In this document: piece after piece, positions 24,901 through 32,020 of the stretch
Position numbering within the stretch: position 1 is the first letter of the stretch
Layout: each line of letters starts with the position of its first letter
From: an uncultured Anaerolineales bacterium
Lineage (GTDB): Bacteria; Chloroflexota; Anaerolineae; UBA1429
Direction of reading: 5' to 3'
Length of the DNA stretch: 34,251 nucleotides
NCBI GenBank assembly: GCA_964624695.1
Contig: CAZUZB010000005.1
Span: 1-34,251, forward strand
Notes under the pieces: generated by a model
The model's input: only the letters and a program-made list of their open reading frames with translations
What the model was told of the DNA's origin: nothing
Databases searched by the model: none
Program-made: the position numbers and the translations under genes

Positions 24901-26113
24901 CGGCCCACGCAGCCAGCCCCAAGGGCAAGCCCTGACCCCAAAGCAGCATGTTCTTGAGCATGTACCAGACCGGCGCGCGCGCGGCCCACTGATGGCTGGG
25001 GGGATAGTCGATCTCTCCCGAGACCAGCTTCTGGATGTACTTCATGTCATCCAACCAGCGGGGGTTGAGCCGCAAGCCGAAAACACCCGGCCCCATAAAG
25101 GCCTGCGGTTGCACAAAGCGGAACACGGCGAACGCCACCAGCAGGAGCGTCGCCCCGGCAGCCAAAGCCCAGCCGATCTGCGACACCCACGGCAGTAGTC
25201 GTTGCCCTTGGTCGTCGTCGGCGTCCAGCCGCAACGAGACCCGCAGCCCCGCAACGCGGCCCTGCGATACCACGCCGGCCGGCGCGCCACGGTGGGCGAT
25301 GCCGCTCATCCGCACGAGAAAGGCCGCCGCGATCACCAGGCCAAAGGTCAACGCGCTGATCTTGGCCGACACGGCCAGGCCGAACGCTACCCCCAGCCCG
25401 ACGACGCTCCCCCAGCCCTCGCCTTGAGCCACCCGCACCGCAAAGTACAGGGCCAGTGTCACGAACAAGGTGGTGGTGGTATCGACGGTGAAAAAGTGCG
25501 ACTGCTGGATATTCAGCGCCGTGACCGCCAGCAAAAAGGCGCCAGCCAGGCCAACCCGCTCATCGTACAGCCGGCGACCAATCAGAAAGACGATCAGCAC
25601 GCTGATCAGGTCCATCCCGCCGGCCATGGCGCGGCCCACCAAATAGATGCCGTGATACCCCGTGAGCCCGGTCAGCCCGCCCAAGAACTTGGCCAGCACC
25701 AACGGGAACAGCCCATAGACATACGTCCCGTGGGGAGTGTTGTAGGGGTTGAGCGGGTTGATGCTGGACTCTAGGTACTCGGCCAGGCTGGACGGCCACC
25801 AGAGGCTGTTCTCCACCATGGTGAGGAAACGCTCGTCAGGATGGAGATGCTGGCCGTCGTCCCAGTCCAGCCCCACAAAGCGCAGGCTGGCTCCCAAAGC
25901 CAGCACCAACAGCAGCGCCAGCCAGGTCAGCAGCACCCGACGGTCGGGTCGCATCAGCGCTTGCCAGGTTGTGCGTGCAGCCTGCCAGAGGGAGCCCCAA
26001 TCCGTGGCCACATCAGGGGTCGGCGTCGCGCCGTCGACCGGATCGCCTATGCTATCCAAGCTACTGTTCTCCATAGAAAGCGACAAAGGTTGCTCGGCCG
26101 TACCCATCCACAT
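18953..26113 (-). CDS. Giant (2386 aa) tri-modular membrane protein: GT-C/PMT-like N-module plus two Chlor_Arch_YYY (DUF2298) domains
   Basis: A single uninterrupted 7.16-kb frame. The N-module has [21 protein letters not shown]. The two YYY modules carry [16 protein letters not shown]...[10 protein letters not shown] and [16 protein letters not shown]...[10 protein letters not shown]. The start is uncertain: ATGs at 26113, 26107 and 26074 all overlap the upstream gene's 3' end (stop at 26061). Confidence 0.85.
   Translation of the reverse strand: [2386 protein letters not shown]
18956..21298 (-). other. Giant protein YYY module 2 (about aa 1606-2386)
   Basis: It starts at [38 protein letters not shown]. 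YYYY at 20795..20806, [16 protein letters not shown] at 20375..20422, MNTVFKF at 19670..19690. It ends ...[24 protein letters not shown]. Boundaries are approximate. Confidence 0.7.
21503..23965 (-). other. Giant protein YYY module 1 (about aa 717-1537)
   Basis: It starts at [35 protein letters not shown], which aligns with the N-terminus of the 778-aa protein. YYY at 23474..23482, [16 protein letters not shown] at 23009..23056, MNTVFKF at 22169..22189. It ends near ...[10 protein letters not shown]. Boundaries are approximate. Confidence 0.7.
23966..26113 (-). other. Giant protein N-module (aa 1 to about 716): GT-C-like membrane domain plus soluble domain
   Basis: HPDERF acidic first-loop motif, about 12 hydrophobic spans, then a soluble segment ...[30 protein letters not shown]...[18 protein letters not shown]. 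It is homologous to the partial gene at 33153..34251. Boundaries are approximate. Confidence 0.7.
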
Positions 26114-28022
26114 AGGTCAACGCAATACCTCGATGGAACGCCTGTTGCAGCCGCGTCAGCGACGCTACGTCCTCGGGCGCCAGGATGATCATGCGCATGC
26201 CCGGTTGGTCATCCAGCGGCGGCTGCCCGCCGACCAGCTCGGCCAGCTCGTGCGCCGTTGGCAACGACCCCTGCGCTAGCTGAGCCCGCACCGCATTGCC
26301 ATCATAGTGATGCGGCCAGACCACAGTATACACGTTTCCCTGGTGGGCAAAGGCATCGATGGCGGCCGCCATCTGCCGCGAGATGGAATGGTTGCCGGCC
26401 GGCAGGTTGGCCCGATAGTCGCGGAAATACACGCGCCATGAGGCGACCACCTCGCCTCCCAGCATGGCCATCACCAGCGCCACAGGAGCCAGCGCCGTCA
26501 GCCATCGCCCGTCGCCCAGCCGCTCCCGCAACCTCCGCAGACTCCCTCGCAGCTCTGCCAAGACCACCGCGGCCAGGAGCAGGGCCGGCACCAGGGCTCC
26601 CACCGCCCGGCCCGCGTTGGGCACCTCTTGCGGAAAGGCCAACGACAACGCCGTTGGCGCCAGCATTACCGGCAGTGTGACCAGCAGAGCAAGCCCTTCC
26701 GCCCGTCGCCAACGCCGCAGCGCCCAGGCCATTCCCAATGGAAAGAGCGCCGCTGGCAGGTAGCCCAACTGCCGCAGCTCGGGCACGTTGCTGGTGGCGA
26801 TGAGATCGCCCCGAACGTTGAACATGCCCACCGTGCGCCAGGCATTCTGCAGCAGAATCCAGGCCGGTCGCCCCGGCAGCGGCACCTCCTCGGCGGTCAT
26901 GCGGGTAGCTACCCGGAACAGATAGCTCGCCGGCTGCGCGACCGCATAGACGGCCAGCGGCAACGCCACATAGGCCATCACCACCACGAGGAGCGCCAGG
27001 CCAGGCAGACGGCCACGCAAACGCGCGCCCCGCCCAGCAACCCACTCGCCCGCCACCAGCAGCAGAATCCAGAAAGGAGCCACCATAAAGGCATTGTAGC
27101 TGTGCAGCCCCAGCCCCAGCGCCAGCCCGCACAGCCCATAGTAGGCGCGGTTGCCCGTGCGCACCGCCCGCAGCCAGGCCCACAGCGCCACCGCCACCAG
27201 AAGGGGCATCACGCTCAGGCGGTAGCCGATGCGGGTCAGGATCACGTGCCAGTGCGCCACAGCCGTGAACGCCGCCGCGTACAGGCCGACCTCACGGCTG
27301 TGCACCTCGCGCCCTAGCAAGTAGACCGCCGGCAGCGTCGCCAACCCCAAGAGGGCGCTGGCGACCTTGATGCTGGTATGGCTCAGCCCCAAGAGACGGG
27401 CTGGCAGCGCTGCCAGGTAGAAAAAGAGCCCCTCGCGCCCCGGCCACGATGCAAAGAACACCGGGTACTGGCCGGATAGAATCTGCTGGATATTCCCGTG
27501 GATATGGGGCAGATCGCAGCCCATCTCGGCCGGCAGGTCCGCCAGCTCGTACAAGCGAAAGGCCGCCCCCACCGCCATGATCGCCAACAGGCCCACGCCG
27601 GCCCATGATAGCCGCAGGCCATCAGCATCGACGCGCCACCGCCGAGGGATCTGCACCCCATCGGGCCAGGCCGCCCAAGACAGCAACGCCAAGCCCCCTA
27701 GCCACATGATTCCTGCCAGCGGCGTGACCCGGTTGGCCGCAAAGGCCGGCATGCCGATCAAGCCCGCCCCCCAGGCAGCCAGCACCAACCACCACGATCT
27801 CGCCCCTCCCGCTGGCCGCGGCCAAGCTCCGGGAATCGAGCGCTCTGGTGAGGGGGGCGAGCTCCACCCGTAAGCGACCGCACCAGCCACCAAGAGCGCC
27901 ACGCCCAGCCCTGTGCCGCGCCCCGAATCCAGCAACCGTTGGCCCAGAGCGCCGACAGAGGCCGCCGCCAGAGGCAGCACCAGCGGCGCCCATGATCGGC
28001 TTGTGCGCTCGGCGCCCATCAC
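26061..28022 (-). CDS. GT-C fold glycosyltransferase-like membrane protein (family 39 / PMT_2 / ArnT-like), variant first-loop motif
   Basis: 653-aa ORF and polytopic. The track start at 28022 is a GTG; an ATG follows at 28019. The layout is typical of PMT_2 (…AAFRLYELADLPAEMGCDLPHIHGN...GLSHTSIKVASALLGLATLPAVYLLGREV...), but the usual Asp-Glu dyad reads Cys-Asp. It begins 3-6 nt after the upstream stop. Confidence 0.8.
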   Translation of the reverse strand: MMGAERTSRSWAPLVLPLAAASVGALGQRLLDSGRGTGLGVALLVAGAVAYGWSSPPSPERSIPGAWPRPAGGARSWWLVLAAWGAGLIGMPAFAANRVTPLAGIMWLGGLALLSWAAWPDGVQIPRRWRVDADGLRLSWAGVGLLAIMAVGAAFRLYELADLPAEMGCDLPHIHGNIQQILSGQYPVFFASWPGREGLFFYLAALPARLLGLSHTSIKVASALLGLATLPAVYLLGREVHSREVGLYAAAFTAVAHWHVILTRIGYRLSVMPLLVAVALWAWLRAVRTGNRAYYGLCGLALGLGLHSYNAFMVAPFWILLLVAGEWVAGRGARLRGRLPGLALLVVVMAYVALPLAVYAVAQPASYLFRVATRMTAEEVPLPGRPAWILLQNAWRTVGMFNVRGDLIATSNVPELRQLGYLPAALFPLGMAWALRRWRRAEGLALLVTLPVMLAPTALSLAFPQEVPNAGRAVGALVPALLLAAVVLAELRGSLRRLRERLGDGRWLTALAPVALVMAMLGGEVVASWRVYFRDYRANLPAGNHSISRQMAAAIDAFAHQGNVYTVVWPHHYDGNAVRAQLAQGSLPTAHELAELVGGQPPLDDQPGMRMIILAPEDVASLTRLQQAFHRGIALTYVDGYGRATFVAFYGEQ

Positions 28023-28025
28023 GGC

Positions 28026-29993
28026 CTAGCCCTCCAGCAGGTAACTGACAAACAGCAGTTCCCCGGATCCATCGTAATGCCGTGTCAAGGCCCCATCAGG
28101 GTAACGCACCTGGATGGCATCCAGTTCCCATTGCCGCTCCGGCAGCAACACAAACAGTGCGCGTCCCTCGATATCCGGCACCCCATCGGCGTTCTCAAGA
28201 GGCTCTAGCAGGTCTGCCCCCTGGACGTCTGGGTTCAGATAGGGGATGGTGGCGAACCCGTAATAGATCCTGGGAGCGCCCACCATATAGCAGGTCAGGG
28301 GTGCCGGCAGCGTCTGCAGGTGCCGCGCGATGCCGTGCGCCACCTGGGTGTTGGGGCCGCCATAGATCTCCAGCGGGGTATAGGTCCGGAAATAGTAGCG
28401 TGCGCTGGCAGTCGCCAAGCCTGCCGAGACCAGGAGCGCGACAGCGGCGGAAGCGGCCGCAGGCAGATCCACCAGGGCGCCCATACGCTGCGTCAGGTCG
28501 TCCAGCCCCAGCGCCACCAGCATCGCCGCCGCCGGAATGGCGATCACATAGCGCGGGCTGGAGGGCGGGTTCTCCAAGAGGGCGCCGCCCAGCAGCACCA
28601 CCGCGCCGATCCACACCAATAGCAAGGCCGCGCCGCTCTCGCGCCATCGCCATGCAGCCACCACCAACCCCAGCACAAAGCAAACGGCGCTCCCCACCCC
28701 CAGCAGCGGGATCGTCGCGCCATAGTGAAAGGTGGGATCCGTGTATAGCACCCAGCCCAATGCCGCCTGGCGTAACTGTCCCAGGAACACCACCGCCTCG
28801 CCAACCCCGCGACGGACCGCCTCCTCAGCCAGCCAACCCGACGGGCCGATGGCCAGCATGTTCCAGCGCGCTACCATGTCCGCTGGGTGGGCGCGCCAGA
28901 ACATGAGCAGAGGCATCGCCGCCACCGCCGCGCCCACGCCGACAAGCGCCAGCACGGGAACCGCCCTCTCCCAGTAGCCCGCCCGTCCCCTCGAAGACAG
29001 CAGGACATACGCGGCCAATAGGATCGGCACCATGCGAGCGCCCATGTAGAAATAGGCACCCAGGCCGAGGCAGACCCCACCCAGTAGCGACCATGCCGCG
29101 CTCTGGCGTTCGAGCCCGCGGTCGGTGGCATAGAGCGCCCCCAGGGCCAGCGCCGGATCCCAGGTGTTGTTCATGCCCAGCCGCCCAAAGTGGATGGCAA
29201 AGTGGTAGCCCGCCAGGAACACGGTTGCCAGCAGGGCCACCCGCCGCCCGAACCAGCGCCGCGCCATCAGATAGAGCAGAGGCACTGTGATGGTGGACAC
29301 GAGGGCCGAGCTGATCCTCAGAGCCGTCACCGTGCGGCCGAACCAGTGCACCAAGGGCGCTTGCAGGAAAAAGTAGAGGGTTGGGTGTGAGAGCCATCCG
29401 GTCGCAAAGGGGTTGGTCAGCGTGCCAGCTAGAACGCCGGCGGCCTCCAGCCCCATAGACGCTTCATCACCAGAGAGAACGTGGGGAATAGTCTCGAGCG
29501 ACCAGAAACGGAGCAGCCCAGCGATAACAGTCAGGCTGAACACCGCGAGCAGCTCTGGCGTCGGCCGGCGGAGCCTGCGCCAGAGTACCGACACACGGCT
29601 AGGCAAAGCACGCCAGCGGACGACCGCGGCCAGCGCCAGGAGCACGGCCGCTGCCCAGCCGGCCAGCAGATCCCACTGCGCCTCTCCAGGTGCTCGGCGC
29701 AGCGCCGCGCCGCCCACCAGCATGCTGCCGACCAGGGCCCCCGCAAGGCATACGGTTCGCAACCATGAGCGGCCCAGCAGCTCCCACCATCGCGCCAGAA
29801 GCTGCTTCAGCCAGCCAGCTCCTTCTCCCCCTCGTCGCAGCGCTACCAGATAGAGAACCAAAGCCGCACCCCACAGGATCGCCCCTCGCGCCAGATTCTG
29901 CTCGCCACGGCTCCAGGCGAGCTGCGCCGCCACCCCCAAGAGGAGCGCCGCCGCCACCAGCCATAAAGTCCCTCGTGACCGTCTCGGGGCCAT
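28026..29993 (-). CDS. GT-C fold glycosyltransferase (family 39 / PMT_2 / ArnT-like)
   Basis: 655-aa polytopic ORF with LLRFWSLETIPHVLSGDEASMGLEA (first-loop DE dyad) followed by RISSALVSTITVPLLYLMARRWFGRR, the usual PMT_2 arrangement. ATG at 29993 is 6 nt after the methyltransferase stop. Confidence 0.85.
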   Translation of the reverse strand: MAPRRSRGTLWLVAAALLLGVAAQLAWSRGEQNLARGAILWGAALVLYLVALRRGGEGAGWLKQLLARWWELLGRSWLRTVCLAGALVGSMLVGGAALRRAPGEAQWDLLAGWAAAVLLALAAVVRWRALPSRVSVLWRRLRRPTPELLAVFSLTVIAGLLRFWSLETIPHVLSGDEASMGLEAAGVLAGTLTNPFATGWLSHPTLYFFLQAPLVHWFGRTVTALRISSALVSTITVPLLYLMARRWFGRRVALLATVFLAGYHFAIHFGRLGMNNTWDPALALGALYATDRGLERQSAAWSLLGGVCLGLGAYFYMGARMVPILLAAYVLLSSRGRAGYWERAVPVLALVGVGAAVAAMPLLMFWRAHPADMVARWNMLAIGPSGWLAEEAVRRGVGEAVVFLGQLRQAALGWVLYTDPTFHYGATIPLLGVGSAVCFVLGLVVAAWRWRESGAALLLVWIGAVVLLGGALLENPPSSPRYVIAIPAAAMLVALGLDDLTQRMGALVDLPAAASAAVALLVSAGLATASARYYFRTYTPLEIYGGPNTQVAHGIARHLQTLPAPLTCYMVGAPRIYYGFATIPYLNPDVQGADLLEPLENADGVPDIEGRALFVLLPERQWELDAIQVRYPDGALTRHYDGSGELLFVSYLLEG

Positions 29994-29999
29994 GGTTGT

Positions 30000-30884
30000 C
30001 TAGTCCTTGATCGCCAGCAGAGCCAGGTTCACAAAGGTGCGCGGCCGGCGCATCAGGCGCGGGTTCTCGTTCCAGCCATCCACCCACTCCATCAGACCCA
30101 GCGCCCAGGTCATCGGGTTCCAGGGGCTGCGTGGGTTCTCGTCTCCGCGAAAGCGGTCGGTCGACCGCGCCAACCCATCGGGGAGCAGACCTCGCTGCAG
30201 CAGGGTCTTGCCCAACGTATAGACGATGAACTGGGTGCCGGGGAAGCAATAGTGGGTAAGCTGAGCCTGCTCCAGGATGCGAAAGCCGTGCCCCTGGACG
30301 ATCCCAGCCAACTCCTGTTCGTCGTACAGCCGCACATGGTTGGCCCAGATGCCCGCCAAGGGGCCGCGCCGCACCGGCGGGAGGCGCAGGCTGGTCAACG
30401 CGCGATTGAGCGGATCGAACCATCCCGAGAACGCCGCCGGCGGCACCGTGATGGCCAGCAACCCGCCGGGGCGGAGCACCCGTCGCACCTCGGCCAACCC
30501 GGCGGCATCGTCGTCGAGATGCTCCAACACCTCGGAGAGGATCACCCGATCAAAGGTCGAATCGGCAAAGGGGAGATGCTCCAGCCGTGCCCGTGCCAGC
30601 GTCGCCCGCCCGCCCAGATGACCATAGGCATAGCCCAGGGGCTGTGGATCCAGATCCACTCCGGCCAAGCGCAGGCCCGGCGTCACCGTCTCTAGCGCTT
30701 TGAGGTAGAACCCCATGCCGGTGCCACCATCGAGGATGGCCTGCCCTGGCTGGGGCGAGAGGCGACGCAGCACCCAGCGCACCCGCCGCTTGTAGGCAGT
30801 GTCGCTCTCGTTGCGGAGCAGCGCATCCAGCCGGCGCTCCTGCTCGGTGGATAGCCCTTGTGCTAGCGACATATCGGCCTTCAC
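30000..30884 (-). CDS. Class I SAM-dependent methyltransferase (Methyltransf_11-like) with a C-terminal extension of about 100 aa
   Basis: 294-aa ORF. SAM motif I ILDGGTGMGFY, the post-I acidic residue in AGVDLD, and motif VLRPGGLLAITV. The track start at 30884 is a GTG; an in-frame ATG at 30872 (MSLAQG...) is an alternative. Confidence 0.9.
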   Translation of the reverse strand: MKADMSLAQGLSTEQERRLDALLRNESDTAYKRRVRWVLRRLSPQPGQAILDGGTGMGFYLKALETVTPGLRLAGVDLDPQPLGYAYGHLGGRATLARARLEHLPFADSTFDRVILSEVLEHLDDDAAGLAEVRRVLRPGGLLAITVPPAAFSGWFDPLNRALTSLRLPPVRRGPLAGIWANHVRLYDEQELAGIVQGHGFRILEQAQLTHYCFPGTQFIVYTLGKTLLQRGLLPDGLARSTDRFRGDENPRSPWNPMTWALGLMEWVDGWNENPRLMRRPRTFVNLALLAIKD

Positions 30885-30889
30885 CGCCT

Positions 30890-32020
30890 CTAGATCAGGC
30901 TCTGCAACAGCTCCTCATAGTCCGTGATCGCGCGCTCTACGCTGAACACCGCCTCGATCTCTTCCCGTGGGCGCACAAAAGCCTCGCGATGTTCGATGAC
31001 GCGCACGATCCCCTCGGCCAGCGCGGCCGGGTCTTGCGGCGCCACCAGCGTCCCCATGCCCGAGAGCTGGACCACCTGGCGCGCTCCGGGGATATCCGTC
31101 GCCACCACCGGCGTGCCGCTGAGCATGGCCTCCACCTGCACGCTAGCAAAGCAGTCGGTGCGGCTGGGCAGGCAAAAGACATCGCACATGGCATAGAACC
31201 GCGCCAGCGCCGCCGGCTCGCGGATCAGCCCCAGCATCACCAGATGCTCGCGATGCTGCTCCAGCAGCGGGCGACAGCACTCGTAGAAGCGCTCATAGGC
31301 CACTCGGTGCTCGCCCGCAAAGGCAAACTTGGCCTGAGGAAGCTGCTCGAGCACCAATGGGATCGCCTGCAGCAAATAGTCAAAGCCCTTTTCGTGGACG
31401 AACCGCCCCGCAAAACCGATCAGTGGGCAGCCCTCCAAACCCAGCTCGTGCCGCCAGGCGGCCGGGTCGCCGTCGGGCGGCGGAAAGACCACCGGCGGCA
31501 GAATCGACGCCGTCTTGGCCGCGTGCGGCCGCAAAAAGGCCGAGTGCTGCACATAGTCATCGGTATAGGTGCTGATCCGATCGGCCTCGGCAGCGCCCCA
31601 GTCGAGCAGCGCGCCCACAACCCGCTGCACCACCTGATCCCATGGCGACCGGGGCATCACCAGGTCGCCGTGGTGCGTCATCAGCACCTTGCGCCCCGCT
31701 CGGTGCGCCAGCCAGGCGACCAACCCGGCCTCCAGCATGGGCGTGTGCACCTGGAGCACGTCATGCTCCCGGACCAATCGCCTCACCTGTGACGGGTACG
31801 CAGGCATCACCTGGCCACGGCTCAGACGGAACCAGGCCGGCACACGCACGATGCGCACCCCTCGGTACGTCTCCACGGACGGCAGCTCGCTGCTGTAGCG
31901 CGAGGTGATCACCGTGACCTGATGCCCGCGCGCCGCCAGCCCTTCGGCGATGCGCTGCGCAAAGGCGGTGAGTCCGGTCCAGTGTGGATAATAGTAGGTT
32001 AGCGCCGTCAGAATCCTCAA
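30890..32020 (-). CDS. GT-B fold glycosyltransferase, family 4 (Glycos_transf_1 type)
   Basis: 376-aa ORF: MRILTALTYYYPHWTGLTAFAQRIAEGLAARGHQVTVIT (GT4 N-domain) and the EX7E-type C-domain region ...FCLPSRTDCFASVQVEAMLSGTPVVATDIPGARQVV. TTG start at 32020 overlaps the upstream stop (TTGA). Confidence 0.9.
   Translation of the reverse strand: MRILTALTYYYPHWTGLTAFAQRIAEGLAARGHQVTVITSRYSSELPSVETYRGVRIVRVPAWFRLSRGQVMPAYPSQVRRLVREHDVLQVHTPMLEAGLVAWLAHRAGRKVLMTHHGDLVMPRSPWDQVVQRVVGALLDWGAAEADRISTYTDDYVQHSAFLRPHAAKTASILPPVVFPPPDGDPAAWRHELGLEGCPLIGFAGRFVHEKGFDYLLQAIPLVLEQLPQAKFAFAGEHRVAYERFYECCRPLLEQHREHLVMLGLIREPAALARFYAMCDVFCLPSRTDCFASVQVEAMLSGTPVVATDIPGARQVVQLSGMGTLVAPQDPAALAEGIVRVIEHREAFVRPREEIEAVFSVERAITDYEELLQSLI

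Noticed and set aside
26302-27183. 293-aa same-strand alternate-frame ORF inside the GT39-like gene
   Set aside because: It is a Gly/Ala/Arg-rich out-of-frame product. The annotated frame gives a coherent polytopic membrane protein contiguous with its neighbours.
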